From positions 1 to 63,469 of the forward strand of contig CANRON010000001.1 of assembly GCA_947632245.1 (NCBI GenBank): a stretch of 63,469 nucleotides of DNA, given 5' to 3'. A model generated the notes under the pieces. That model ran no database searches. It saw nothing but the letters and a program-made list of their open reading frames with translations, and was not told the origin of the DNA. Within the stretch, counting starts at the first letter, position 1. Every line of letters starts with the position of its first letter. This stretch comes from an uncultured Ignatzschineria sp. (GTDB lineage Bacteria > Pseudomonadota > Gammaproteobacteria > Cardiobacteriales > Wohlfahrtiimonadaceae). Below, piece after piece: positions 49,452-60,001 of this stretch. Both the position numbers and the translations under genes were made by a program.

Positions 49452-50009
49452 ATGACACAAAATATTATTAAAGACGCAAGATTGCGTATGGATAAGTCAG
49501 TTGAAGCTTTAAGTGTTGCACTTGGTAAGATCCGTACAGGACGAGCGCATATTTCAATTTTAGATCATATAGAAGTGGAATATTACGGATCTATGGTGCC
49601 TTTAAGTCAGGTTGCGAACTTAACAGTGCAAGATTCACGCACATTAGGGGTTGTGCCATGGGAAAAGCAGATGGTTGGACCGATTGAAAAAGCGATTATT
49701 AATAGTGATTTAGGATTAAACCCTGCGACAAGCGGTACGCTGATCCGTATTCCATTACCACCATTGACAGAAGAGCGCCGTAAAGATCTCGTTAAGATTG
49801 TGGGTGGTGAAGCAGAGCAAGCGAAAGTTGCGGTGCGTAATATTCGCCGTGATGCTAATAACCAAATTTCAGCGCTTGAGAAAGAAGGAACTATCTCTGA
49901 AGATGTTCAAAGACGTACAGAAGATGAGATTCAGAAGCTTACAGATGCAACCATTAAAAAAGTAGAAGAAGTACTTGCGACGAAAGAAGCTGAGTTAATG
50001 GAAATCTAA
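49452..50009 (+). CDS. frr: Ribosome recycling factor
   Basis: IRTGRA, YYG...[17 protein letters not shown]. Confidence 0.98.
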   Translation: MTQNIIKDARLRMDKSVEALSVALGKIRTGRAHISILDHIEVEYYGSMVPLSQVANLTVQDSRTLGVVPWEKQMVGPIEKAIINSDLGLNPATSGTLIRIPLPPLTEERRKDLVKIVGGEAEQAKVAVRNIRRDANNQISALEKEGTISEDVQRRTEDEIQKLTDATIKKVEEVLATKEAELMEI

Positions 50010-50023
50010 GTTAAGGATTCAAT

Positions 50024-50734
50024 GTGAGCGAAAGCAAAACGAACTGTCAGCATGTTGCCATCATAATGGATGGTAACGGGCGTTGGGCTGAAAGAAATCG
50101 ACTAACGCGAGCTCTCGGTCACAGAGCTGGGGTTAAGGCACTAAAAGAGAGCATTAAGAGTGCGATCAAAAATAAGATAAGTGTTTTGACAGTCTATGCT
50201 TTTTCAACAGAAAATTGGAAGAGATCCACTGAGGAAGTTTCTTTCTTGATGGATCTTTTTTATCAGACATTAGATGGACAACTGAAGGCGCTTCACAAAG
50301 CAGGTGTTCGCTTAACGTTTATCGGTGATTTAACGCCATTTTCTGATCGATTAAAAGAAAAACTACTAAAAGCTGTTGAATATACCCAAGATAATGAAGT
50401 GCTAGATCTTGTTGTTGCCCTCAATTATGGTGGGCGGCAAGAGATCGTTAGAGCTTGTCAAGCGATTGCTAGTGCCGTTCAGCGCAATGATATGTCTGTT
50501 TCTGATATTACAGAGTCGAGTTTTGAGTCAGCCTTATCATTACAAAACCTTCCGCCGGTAGATCTATTAATTAGAACGAGTGGAGAGCAGCGAGTGAGTA
50601 ACTTTTTACTCTGGCAATTGGCATATGCAGAGCTCTATTTCACAGATTGTAATTGGCCTGATTTTGGTGCTGATGAATTTGAGGCTGCGTTGGCAGAATT
50701 TGGTCGCCGAGAGCGACGATTTGGAGGGAGGTAG
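50024..50734 (+). CDS. uppS: Undecaprenyl diphosphate synthase
   Basis: HVAIIMDGNGRW, AFSTENW.R, NYGGR, IRTSGE.R.SNFLLWQ. Confidence 0.96.
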   Translation: MSESKTNCQHVAIIMDGNGRWAERNRLTRALGHRAGVKALKESIKSAIKNKISVLTVYAFSTENWKRSTEEVSFLMDLFYQTLDGQLKALHKAGVRLTFIGDLTPFSDRLKEKLLKAVEYTQDNEVLDLVVALNYGGRQEIVRACQAIASAVQRNDMSVSDITESSFESALSLQNLPPVDLLIRTSGEQRVSNFLLWQLAYAELYFTDCNWPDFGADEFEAALAEFGRRERRFGGR

Positions 50735-50737
50735 CAG

Positions 50738-51622
50738 ATGAAGCAAAGGATTATTACAGGGGTAATATTAGGAATAGTGGCGCTTCTTGCGATTGTTTTA
50801 CTTCCTACGATGGCATTCTCACTGGTTCTTTTTCTCATTGCCATGATTGGGTTATTTGAGTGGGCGAATCTTCTTAAGCTGCACTCTATCACTAAGTCCG
50901 TCTATATTGGTGTCGGTGGCATCACCCTTTTACTCGTGACCGCTTCCTTGATGATGGGGGCAAAAGATACCGCACTAGGCCTGAATACGGGCTTAAGTCA
51001 ATTTGTAACCCATAACCCCATTTTATATGGCTTGTTAATCATCATGGCCATTTTTTGGCTCTTTATGCCATTTATATTGTCAGTGCATTCTCGTAAACCC
51101 GTCGCTATTTTAGCAAATCGAGAATTTCTGTTTGTGGTGAGTATTTTATCACTCGCCACATTGATTATTACACTCGCAACTTTACAGCAAGGTTTAGTCT
51201 TACTGCTATACCTGATTTTATTAATTATTATTGCTGATAGTAGTGCCTATTTTGTGGGGCGAAAATTTGGGAAGCGTAAGCTTGCGCCGACAATTAGCCC
51301 GGGTAAAACAATAGAGGGTGCACTCGGTGGGCTTGTGATTGGCGTACTATTCTCCTTCTTCTCCATTATGATGTTTACGAATGGTGAATTTCCGCTTTTC
51401 TCAAATGCTGACAAGTGGACATTAATTGTTAATTTTATCTCCTTAAGTGCACTTGTTGTGATCGTATCAATCTCTGGGGATTTGTTTGAAAGCGTAGTTA
51501 AAAGAGCTGCGGGGATGAAAGATAGCGGTAAAATATTGCCGGGTCATGGTGGGGTTTTAGATCGTATCGATGCTCTGACAGCAGCAGCCCCTTTATTTTT
51601 TGTAGGTCTAGGCTTTATATGA
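50738..51622 (+). CDS. cdsA: Phosphatidate cytidylyltransferase
   Basis: ISPGKTIEG, GDLFES..KR..G.KDSG.ILPGHGG.LDRID. Confidence 0.95.
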   Translation: MKQRIITGVILGIVALLAIVLLPTMAFSLVLFLIAMIGLFEWANLLKLHSITKSVYIGVGGITLLLVTASLMMGAKDTALGLNTGLSQFVTHNPILYGLLIIMAIFWLFMPFILSVHSRKPVAILANREFLFVVSILSLATLIITLATLQQGLVLLLYLILLIIIADSSAYFVGRKFGKRKLAPTISPGKTIEGALGGLVIGVLFSFFSIMMFTNGEFPLFSNADKWTLIVNFISLSALVVIVSISGDLFESVVKRAAGMKDSGKILPGHGGVLDRIDALTAAAPLFFVGLGFI

Positions 51623-52797
51623 GACAGCAAGTTTCTATTTTAGGCGCTACCGGTTCTATCGGCGATTCAACACTGAATGTGATTCGCAATAATCGCGAAC
51701 ACTATGAAATCCATTCCCTCGTGGCCAATAAAAGCATTGATAAAATGTTGTTGTTGTGTCAAGAGTTTATGCCGCGCTATGTGGTGATGGAAGATTGTAC
51801 TGCTGCAAAAAAATTAGATGCTCACCTAAAAGGATTAGGGTTGAACATCGATGTATCCTCTGGAGAGCAAGCGGTAATTGATCTCGTAAAAGAGAGTGAT
51901 ATTGATATCGTTGTTGCAGCAATTGTTGGCGCTAAAGGCTTTTTATCGAGTTTAGCTGCTGCAAGAGCAGGTAAAAAGATATTATTAGCCAATAAAGAGA
52001 CATTAGTGGTAGGTGGTGCATTATTTATGCAAGAAGCCAATAAATACAATGCAATCATTTTACCTATTGATAGTGAGCACAATGCTCTATTTCAATCATT
52101 GCCTAAATCTTCAGATTTAACCGCTGACTATGAGGGTGTTAAACGCCTCATATTGACAGCATCGGGAGGACCATTTAGAGGGTTTTCTCGAGAGCAGCTT
52201 AAAGAAGTGACATTAGCACAGGCATTGAAGCATCCTAATTGGTCGATGGGGGCTAAAGTGACGATTGATTCGGCTACTTTAATGAATAAGGGGTTAGAAT
52301 TTATCGAGGCGCATTTTCTGTTTGATATGCCAGTTGAGAAGATTAGTGTGGTTGTTCACCCTCAAAGTATGATTCACTCTTTAGTGGAATATACAGATGG
52401 CTCGATGATTTCTCAAATGGGCGCAGCAGATATGTCTATTCCGATTGCGCATGCGCTTGCATATCCGAAACGAATTATTTCGGGGGCTGATTTTTTAGAT
52501 TTAACGCAGATGGCGCCATTGACTTTTGAAGCACCAGATTTACTTGCTTTCCCCACATTACGGCTTGCGAAAGAATCACTGTTAGAAGGCGCTTCTCATT
52601 TAGTTGCCTTGAATGCGGCAAATGAGATCTTTGTGGAAAAATTCTTAAATAAAAAAATCCAATTTATAGATATTGCTGATAAGGTCGCTGAAGTTTTAGA
52701 AGGTGTTACTATTAAAAATGAAGCGCTTCTTTCAGAAGAAGCACTGTTAGCTTACGATGCTGAGATTCGTGTTAAAGCGAATGCATTAACTCATTAA
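51619..52797 (+). CDS. dxr: 1-deoxy-D-xylulose-5-phosphate reductoisomerase
   Basis: LGATGSIG, LANKE, PIDSEH, TASGG, HPNWSMG.K.TIDSA. Confidence 0.97.
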   Translation: MRQQVSILGATGSIGDSTLNVIRNNREHYEIHSLVANKSIDKMLLLCQEFMPRYVVMEDCTAAKKLDAHLKGLGLNIDVSSGEQAVIDLVKESDIDIVVAAIVGAKGFLSSLAAARAGKKILLANKETLVVGGALFMQEANKYNAIILPIDSEHNALFQSLPKSSDLTADYEGVKRLILTASGGPFRGFSREQLKEVTLAQALKHPNWSMGAKVTIDSATLMNKGLEFIEAHFLFDMPVEKISVVVHPQSMIHSLVEYTDGSMISQMGAADMSIPIAHALAYPKRIISGADFLDLTQMAPLTFEAPDLLAFPTLRLAKESLLEGASHLVALNAANEIFVEKFLNKKIQFIDIADKVAEVLEGVTIKNEALLSEEALLAYDAEIRVKANALTH

Positions 52798-52836
52798 TTC
52801 TTTTTTTTTATCACATTTTGAGGTATACAACATTTA

Positions 52837-54213
52837 ATGATCTCCGCGCTCTTTAATTCTGTTTTTGGCTTTTTAATATTGATGGGTGTACTTGTTACGC
52901 TCCACGAGTTTGGGCATTTTTATGCTGCCAAAAAACTAGGGTTTAAGGTTCTGACCTTCAGTATTGGTTTTGGGAAGAAGGTATGGAGCCGGACAGGCAA
53001 AGATGGTGTTGAGTATCGAATCGGCTTGATTCCACTGGGCGGGTATGTTGGCTTTTTAGATGATCGTGCTCATGATGTAAAAGCAGAAGAGCTTGATCAA
53101 ACTTTTAATGCAAAGCCTGTATGGAAAAGAGCGGTCGTGATAGCTGCTGGGCCTATTGTGAATCTCGTGTTTGCCGTGATTTTGTTATTTGGTCTTTATC
53201 TCTATGGTATGCCTGCTTTTAAAGCAAAAATTGATACGCCGTTGCCCAACTCGGCCCTGTCGATTTCAGGGTTTGAGCGTGGTGATGAGATTGTGAGTAT
53301 TGAAGGGCGACAAATCAGAACATTTGATGACATGGTGATGGGATTTGTGGAGCATCTAAATGATGGCATCGCGACTGTAGAAGTGATGCGAAATGGTCGG
53401 GTTACACAACTAGAAATTAATATGGATGAGCCGCTTCGATTAAATGCAAATGACCGTATTGATAAAAAGCTAGGTATTAGTTTGTATATGCCGCTGATTC
53501 CGGCAAAAGTTGCACAGTTAACCGAAAATGGGGTTGCTATCACTGCGGGCGTGCAGAAAGGTGATATTATCACGCGTATTAATGAACGAGATATCAATAG
53601 TTGGCCTGATTTGCTGTATGTTATGAGCGAGTTAGATTTACAAGATAAGGATACTCTTGACTTAGAGATATTTGTTGATCGTGCAGGTGAAGCTATATTA
53701 TTGCCAGCTGTTACGACGCGTGGGGAGAATGGTCGATTTTTACTGGGGCTCGGGGTCGGGCAATTAACGCCTGAGATAGAGGAAGAGATAGAGTCGATGA
53801 AGACTCTGCAGAAATATCCTCTCTTCGAAGCGATGCGATATGCAGTTTTAGATGCATATCAGAATTCGTTATTAATATTTAAATTTATAGGGCGAATGGT
53901 AACAGGAGAAGTTCATCCTAATATGATGGCGGGCCCCGTTACTATTGCCGATGCTGCTGGGAAAAAGCTAGATGCTGGCTGGGTTTATTTTATTCAGCTT
54001 ATGGCGCTGTTTAGTGTGAATCTCGGCATTTTAAATTTGTTGCCGATTCCTGTGCTTGATGGTGGTCGGTTGGTGGGCCTTGGGATAGAGGCTACTGTCG
54101 GAAAGAATAAAATACCTGCATCGCTCTCAATGAGAATAATGCAGATCGGGGGATTATTCCTATTTATGTTTATGGCATTCGTGATATTTTACGATATTAT
54201 GAAATGGTTTTAA
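52837..54213 (+). CDS. rseP: RIP metalloprotease RseP
   Basis: HEFGH, PLGGYV, two PDZ-like segments, NLLPIPVLDGG. Confidence 0.95.
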   Translation: MISALFNSVFGFLILMGVLVTLHEFGHFYAAKKLGFKVLTFSIGFGKKVWSRTGKDGVEYRIGLIPLGGYVGFLDDRAHDVKAEELDQTFNAKPVWKRAVVIAAGPIVNLVFAVILLFGLYLYGMPAFKAKIDTPLPNSALSISGFERGDEIVSIEGRQIRTFDDMVMGFVEHLNDGIATVEVMRNGRVTQLEINMDEPLRLNANDRIDKKLGISLYMPLIPAKVAQLTENGVAITAGVQKGDIITRINERDINSWPDLLYVMSELDLQDKDTLDLEIFVDRAGEAILLPAVTTRGENGRFLLGLGVGQLTPEIEEEIESMKTLQKYPLFEAMRYAVLDAYQNSLLIFKFIGRMVTGEVHPNMMAGPVTIADAAGKKLDAGWVYFIQLMALFSVNLGILNLLPIPVLDGGRLVGLGIEATVGKNKIPASLSMRIMQIGGLFLFMFMAFVIFYDIMKWF

Positions 54214-54226
54214 TCTGATAATAATT

Positions 54227-54255
54227 GGAATTTTGTCAGTAATTCGGTATATTAA
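54227..54255 (+). promoter_or_regulatory. Possible sigma70 promoter for bamA
   Basis: TTGGAA - 17 bp - TATATT in the rseP-bamA spacer. Confidence 0.3.
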
Positions 54256-54305
54256 CGCAGTTTATAGATGTATTTCTATGCCCTAATTTGATAGAGAAAT
54301 TAAAA

Positions 54306-56855
54306 ATGGCGATTGTCGATTTAAAAAAAGTTTTTCTGGCTACCAGTCTGATTCTAGGATCAGCAGCGCTAGCTCAGAAATATGAAGTAAAAGATATCCG
54401 CATTGAGGGATTAGAACAGATCAATCCCGGTGCCGTATTTACCACATTAGGGTTAGATCCAGACGCGCCGGTTCAGACGGGCACAGTTAAAGATTTAGTT
54501 GAAAGATTATATGCAACAGGTCTGTTTAAAGATGTTGTTGTTAAAACACAAAATGGACGTATTTTAGGCCGTACGAGACCGCAATCATTTACAGTTGCTG
54601 TCGCGGTTGAAAAAGACCCGTCTACATTAAGATCAGGCGGCGCTTTTGGCAATATCCGTACAGAGTCTCATCAGCCTGAAATTGAGTATGTCTATGAAGA
54701 AGTCCCTTGTTCTGTCGCCCCTGATGATCCGCGTTGCCGAGCAGTTGAATCAACTGTAAGATCAGACTTGGTGATTGAGCTTGAAGAGTTTCCGGTATTA
54801 TCGAGAGTGACTTTTAAAGGGAATAAAGATCTCAAAGATAAGCAGCTCAATGAAGTCATTGCGAGTGCAAATCTTAAGCCTGGCGAAACGTTGCGAGATG
54901 CTTCTGTAGAGAATGCAAAAAACAATCTATTAAAAGCTTATGAAACGCGCGGTAAATACGCCGTGAGAATTGAGCCGAAGATCATTGAGCTTCCGCGTAA
55001 TCGTGCTGAGATTCAATTTGAGATTTCAGAAGGACGCACAGGGCAGATTAAAAAGATTAACTTTACAGGCAATGAATCCGTATCAGATAGTAAGCTATTA
55101 AGACAGATGCGTGTTCGAGAATCTGGTTTTAAAACGATTTTCTCATCAGGCGATCGTTATGATCCCTATACGATTCAAGATGAACTCGATCAAGTGCAAG
55201 AATATTATCGTAATAATGGTTATCTTAAGGCGGAAGTAAATTACTCAAGTGCGACCATTAGTGCAAACCAAGATACTATTTATCTTGATATTGACATTAA
55301 TGAAGGTAAAAAGTACGACTTTGGGGATGTGAATATTGTCGGTAACTACCCAAGCGTAGAGAAAGATGAATTGATGTCGCTTGTTAAAATCGAACCCGGT
55401 GATCTTTATCGCGTTAAAACGGTAAATGATACGATTAAAGCAATTCAAGACCGTTTGGGAAATGAAGGATATGCGCAGGCACGCGTAAATGCGATTCCTA
55501 AAATCAATGAAGAAAGTAATATTGTTGGTTATACATTTGCAATCGATCAAGGTGAGCGCGTATATGTGAACCGTATTAATATCGAAGGAAATGAGCGGAC
55601 GCAGGATAATGTTTTCCGCCGCGAGTTAAGACAGATGGAAGGTGGGCGTTTTGTTGCAAGTGATATCGAACGCTCGCGTGTCCGTATTCAAAGGTTAGCG
55701 CACGTGGAAGATGTTCAGGTTCTAACAGAGCCTGTTGCAGATGGCGTTGTCGATTTAACATACAAAGTAAAAGAGCGTAGTGCAGGTTCAATCACATTTG
55801 GACTTAGCTATGGTATGGATAGCCGCTTTGGTATCAATGCAGGATTTAACCAGCCTAACTTTATGGGAACAGGTCATGAGCTGAATGTTCAGGCGGAAAC
55901 CAATAAGAGTGGTAGTTATTATAGTGTTGATTACATGAATCCGTATTTCACGAAAGATGGATTAAGTGCCGGTATGTCACTCAGCTATAGCAAGCAAAAG
56001 CATGATTATGATGATACAGGTAACTATATTGCAGATGGTATTGCTTTGATGTTTAACTTTGGTTACCCCATCAGTGAGTTTACATCAGTACGAGCGGGTA
56101 TCGGTTATGAGCAGTTAAAGTTGAAAACAACGCATAGTTCACCAGAAGAGCTGGCAAGAGAAATAGCAAGGCTTGATTGCGGATCTGGTTGCTACGATGA
56201 AAGCTTGGGAAATAATCGCTTGTATAAAGCAAAGTTGAATTTGTATCGGGCTAATATAGGTATCTATCGTGATACGCGAAATAGAACAGTATTTGCTTCC
56301 GAGGGTTCGTTAAACAGTGCGACCTTATCTGGCACACTGCCAGGATCAGACTCTAAGTTTTATAAAGTTCTTTTAAAACACCAGAGTTACTACCCACTTA
56401 CAGATAGTGAAGATTATGTATTCTCATTACGCGGCGATATTATGGCGGGTTGGGGATATGGGTCTGATAAGGACTTACCATTCTTTGAAAACTTCTACGC
56501 AGGTGGTCTTGGGACAATCCGTGGGTACAGAGGGAGTTCGATCGGTACTAAATATGCAGGGACAAATGATGCAACGGGTGGTGCGCTTCGTTATAATGCG
56601 ACAGCCGAAGTCATTATGAAAGTCCCTGGGTTCCAAGATAATAATGATGTGCGTTGGAGTATATTCTTTGATGCGGGTAACGTAACCCCTAAACCAAGTA
56701 AGTTTGAGTTTGGAGATGTGAGATATTCAGCGGGGGTCAGTTTTGTATGGTTATCACCACTGGGACCACTTGCATTTTCGTACGGAAATCCATTTAAAAA
56801 AGGGAATGACGATCGTGAACAAAAATTCCAGTTCTCGATTGGTATCCCTTACTAA
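54306..56855 (+). CDS. bamA: Outer membrane protein assembly factor BamA (with POTRA1 insertion)
   Basis: POTRA repeats (DIRIEGL, F.GN, GN.RT.D.V.RRE), IRGY loop-6 motif, SPLGPL, C-terminal FQFSIG; ATG 54306 (ORF track 54288). Confidence 0.96.
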   Translation: MAIVDLKKVFLATSLILGSAALAQKYEVKDIRIEGLEQINPGAVFTTLGLDPDAPVQTGTVKDLVERLYATGLFKDVVVKTQNGRILGRTRPQSFTVAVAVEKDPSTLRSGGAFGNIRTESHQPEIEYVYEEVPCSVAPDDPRCRAVESTVRSDLVIELEEFPVLSRVTFKGNKDLKDKQLNEVIASANLKPGETLRDASVENAKNNLLKAYETRGKYAVRIEPKIIELPRNRAEIQFEISEGRTGQIKKINFTGNESVSDSKLLRQMRVRESGFKTIFSSGDRYDPYTIQDELDQVQEYYRNNGYLKAEVNYSSATISANQDTIYLDIDINEGKKYDFGDVNIVGNYPSVEKDELMSLVKIEPGDLYRVKTVNDTIKAIQDRLGNEGYAQARVNAIPKINEESNIVGYTFAIDQGERVYVNRINIEGNERTQDNVFRRELRQMEGGRFVASDIERSRVRIQRLAHVEDVQVLTEPVADGVVDLTYKVKERSAGSITFGLSYGMDSRFGINAGFNQPNFMGTGHELNVQAETNKSGSYYSVDYMNPYFTKDGLSAGMSLSYSKQKHDYDDTGNYIADGIALMFNFGYPISEFTSVRAGIGYEQLKLKTTHSSPEELAREIARLDCGSGCYDESLGNNRLYKAKLNLYRANIGIYRDTRNRTVFASEGSLNSATLSGTLPGSDSKFYKVLLKHQSYYPLTDSEDYVFSLRGDIMAGWGYGSDKDLPFFENFYAGGLGTIRGYRGSSIGTKYAGTNDATGGALRYNATAEVIMKVPGFQDNNDVRWSIFFDAGNVTPKPSKFEFGDVRYSAGVSFVWLSPLGPLAFSYGNPFKKGNDDREQKFQFSIGIPY

Positions 56856-56864
56856 TGAGAGATA

Positions 56865-57398
56865 ATGAATACAATGTTTAAGTACATTATACAGAAAGGG
56901 GCAGCAGTGATTTTAACTGCTGCTTTCATTTTTTTAAGCCCCAATGCATTTGCGGATAACTTAAAGATAGGTGTTGTTGATATCAATTTACTGTTAGAGA
57001 AGTATATTGAGGAAAAAGATATCTACTCTCTTTTGAATGAAGAGTTTTTTGCACGTGATCAATATCTGTTAAAAAAGCGTGATCAGATTGAAAATATGCG
57101 CCGAGAGTTAATGAATAACACAGGCAATGCATCTTCAGTGAGAGAGCTTGAGAGAGATATTGTAAATCAGGAGCGTGAGTTTGTGCGTATTAGTAATGAT
57201 ACGCGACAGGAATTTAATCTTCGAAAAAATGAAGAGCTATATAAACTACAAAGAGAAATTAACAACGCAATTTTACAGTATGCGCAAAAAAATGATTATG
57301 ATCTTATTTTAGAGTCGGGATTGCTTTTTGCAAAAGAAGGTCTCTATTTGACGGAGCCTATTTTTCAAACGCTTGTCGTAGAAGAATCTGAGAAATAG
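56865..57398 (+). CDS. skp: Periplasmic chaperone Skp/OmpH
   Basis: Signal peptide, KIGVVD, coiled coil, YA....YDLIL; syntenic position. Confidence 0.85.
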   Translation: MNTMFKYIIQKGAAVILTAAFIFLSPNAFADNLKIGVVDINLLLEKYIEEKDIYSLLNEEFFARDQYLLKKRDQIENMRRELMNNTGNASSVRELERDIVNQEREFVRISNDTRQEFNLRKNEELYKLQREINNAILQYAQKNDYDLILESGLLFAKEGLYLTEPIFQTLVVEESEK

Positions 57399-57423
57399 TA
57401 TTAAAAGCGCCAAGTAGATTCAG

Positions 57424-58497
57424 GTGACGAAGATCAAAATAGTAAAACCATATAGTGAGGTAGAGATGACATTATTAGACGTATTCAATTATTTGCAAGA
57501 GAAAGGCGAGAAAGTTGAACTCCATGGAGATGGCAGTACCTCTATTAATGGATTATCGACCATTCAACATGGAAAGCCCGATACGCTCTCTTTTTTTCAT
57601 AACCCACGCTACCGACAATATCTAGAAACAACAGAAGCCGCGGCTATTTTAGTGGATGAACGTAATTTTGAACATGTTACGCAACCTGCGATTATTTGTG
57701 GGAATACGCATGCGGCATGGGCGTATGTCACGCAACTTTTTCAAAAAGAGTACCGCAATTTTGAGCCAGGCATTCATCCAACAGCCATCATTGGCATTCA
57801 TTCTAAGATTGGGCGGGATGTGACGATTGGGGCTTATAGTGTCATCGGTGAAAATGTCACGATCGGAAATGGCTCATATATTGATTCTCAGTGTGTCGTA
57901 GAGAGAGATGTGGTAATGGGTGAGGATTGTTATCTATTTTCAGGGGTGACGGTTCGTTATGAATGTGAGCTTGGCGATCGAGTTGTCCTACACCCCAATG
58001 CTGTGATTGGCGCAGAGGGTTTTGGGTTTGCACGTACAAGTGTTGGTTATATAAAAGTCGCCCAGCTAGGAAGAGTCGTATTAGCTGATGATGTCGATAT
58101 TGGTGCAGGAAGTTGCATTGATAGAGGCGCAATTGAAGATACGATTATCGGTAAGGGCACTAAAATTGATAATCATGTTCAGCTGGGTCATAACTGCATT
58201 GTGGGTGAAAATACGGTCATTGCGGGCTATACCGGGATTGCTGGATCCACAGATATTGGTAATAATGTGGTAATTGGGGGTGGCGTGGGAATGAATGGTC
58301 ACATGAAAATTGAAGATAATGTGATTGTGACCGGCGGGACCCAAGTGAGTCAACCGCTTAAAGCCGGAAAGATCTACTCTTCCATTCCGCCCGTATTAGA
58401 AAATAAAGAATGGCGCTATAATAGTGCAAGAATCAAGCGATTAGGTGATCTTTTTGATCGCGTAAAAGCGCTTGAAAAGAAGAGTGAAAGCAAATAG
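57424..58497 (+). CDS. lpxD: UDP-3-O-(3-hydroxyacyl)glucosamine N-acyltransferase
   Basis: Hexapeptide repeats, IGAEGFGF, IDRGA..DT, KIDNHVQ.GHN; probable start ATG 57466. Confidence 0.96.
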   Translation: MTKIKIVKPYSEVEMTLLDVFNYLQEKGEKVELHGDGSTSINGLSTIQHGKPDTLSFFHNPRYRQYLETTEAAAILVDERNFEHVTQPAIICGNTHAAWAYVTQLFQKEYRNFEPGIHPTAIIGIHSKIGRDVTIGAYSVIGENVTIGNGSYIDSQCVVERDVVMGEDCYLFSGVTVRYECELGDRVVLHPNAVIGAEGFGFARTSVGYIKVAQLGRVVLADDVDIGAGSCIDRGAIEDTIIGKGTKIDNHVQLGHNCIVGENTVIAGYTGIAGSTDIGNNVVIGGGVGMNGHMKIEDNVIVTGGTQVSQPLKAGKIYSSIPPVLENKEWRYNSARIKRLGDLFDRVKALEKKSESK

Positions 58498-58612
58498 TAC
58501 TAATTTTCCCAATTATCGTTAATAAAGAATTTAGGATAGGGATTCTGTTTAAAGTATAAAGTTAGTATCATTAGTATTAAATATTTAATGTAACGTATAG
58601 AGAATAATAATT

Positions 58613-59074
58613 ATGAGCGATAATAAAGTAATCGATATCAATGAAATCATGACTTACTTGCCACACAGGTACCCTTTTTTAATGATCGACCGTGTACTTG
58701 ATTACACCCCGAATGAAACACTACACGCTCGTAAAAATGTCACTTTCAATGAACCTTATTTTCAAGGGCATTTCCCCGTAAAACCTATTATGCCGGGCGT
58801 AATGATCTTAGAAGCTTTAGCACAAGCAACGGGTATCTTAAGTTTTAAATCAGTAGAAGATTATGATTCTACTGATAAATCCATCTATTATTTTGTGGGC
58901 ATTGATAAAGCGCGTTTCCGACGTCCTGTAGAGCCCGGTGATGTTCTTGACTTGAAAGTAACGTTCCTTCGCGCTAAAAGAGGTATTTGGGCATTTGAGG
59001 GCAAAGCATATGTCGATGGAAATCTTGTATGCCAAGCAGAATTAATGTGTACTCGTCGAGAGGCTTTTGAATAA
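58613..59074 (+). CDS. fabZ: 3-hydroxyacyl-ACP dehydratase
   Basis: [32 protein letters not shown]. Confidence 0.97.
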   Translation: MSDNKVIDINEIMTYLPHRYPFLMIDRVLDYTPNETLHARKNVTFNEPYFQGHFPVKPIMPGVMILEALAQATGILSFKSVEDYDSTDKSIYYFVGIDKARFRRPVEPGDVLDLKVTFLRAKRGIWAFEGKAYVDGNLVCQAELMCTRREAFE

Positions 59075-59862
59075 TGAATATAGAGCTCATACATCCTACT
59101 GCGGTCATTGATCCAACGGCGGAACTTCATGAGAGCGTTAAAATAGGACCTTATTGTGTTATTGGCCCGAATGTCAAAATTGGAAAAGGGACTGTCTTAA
59201 CGTCGCATGTCGTGATTCAAGGACCGACAACAATCGGAGAAGATAATACCTTTTATCAGTTTTGCTCACTCGGTGAAGTTCCTCAGGATAAAAAGTATCA
59301 GGAGGGCGACCAAGTATTTTTAGAAATTGGGGATCGCAATACGATCCGTGAATATGTTAGCATTAATCGCGGGACTATTCAGGATCAGGCTTTGACTAAA
59401 ATCGGGGATGATAATTGGATTATGGCAACGTGCCATATCGCTCATGATTGCATTGTTGGTAATCGGACAATTTTTGCCAATGGTGCGTCCCTTGCGGGAC
59501 ATGCTGTGATTGAAGATGACGTTATCTTGGGTGGATACTCAATGATCTACCAGCGCTGTAGAGTCGGAGAGGGCGCTATTACGGGCTTTTCATCAGGAAT
59601 TCATCGAAGTGTTCCCCCTTTTGTAACGGCGGCGGGTTATCGGGCGGTACCTTCAGGCATTAATTCCGAAGGCTTACGTCGTCGTGGTTTCTCTCCTGAA
59701 GCAATCAAGGCCACAAAAGATGCCTATAAAGCGCTTTATAGGCAAGATTTATCTCTTCAGGATGCAATTATTCGCATCAAAGTGCTTGCAGAAAATGCAC
59801 CGCATCTTGAAAAGATGGTGACGTTCTTGGAAGAGACAGAAGAGCGCGGCATTATTCGCTAA
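59074..59862 (+). CDS. lpxA: UDP-N-acetylglucosamine O-acyltransferase
   Basis: IHPTA, PQDKKY, IRE...I.RGT, HIAHDC, GIN.EGL.RRG, RGIIR. Confidence 0.97.
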   Translation: MNIELIHPTAVIDPTAELHESVKIGPYCVIGPNVKIGKGTVLTSHVVIQGPTTIGEDNTFYQFCSLGEVPQDKKYQEGDQVFLEIGDRNTIREYVSINRGTIQDQALTKIGDDNWIMATCHIAHDCIVGNRTIFANGASLAGHAVIEDDVILGGYSMIYQRCRVGEGAITGFSSGIHRSVPPFVTAAGYRAVPSGINSEGLRRRGFSPEAIKATKDAYKALYRQDLSLQDAIIRIKVLAENAPHLEKMVTFLEETEERGIIR

Positions 59863-60001
59863 TACTTATAAAAGGCACTTAGTAAAGAGGTTTATATCAT
59901 TGATGTATGCCGATTATTAAGTGTCTTTTTGTGTTAAAAGCGCTTGTTTTGATATCAGCCTCATTATTGCGTTGATGTATATGTTTTCATATTTTTAGGG
60001 G

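Noticed and set aside
54558-54764. BamA insertion as an intein or mobile element
   Set aside because: Too short; no Cys/Ser start with His-Asn end; no terminal repeats or target duplication seen
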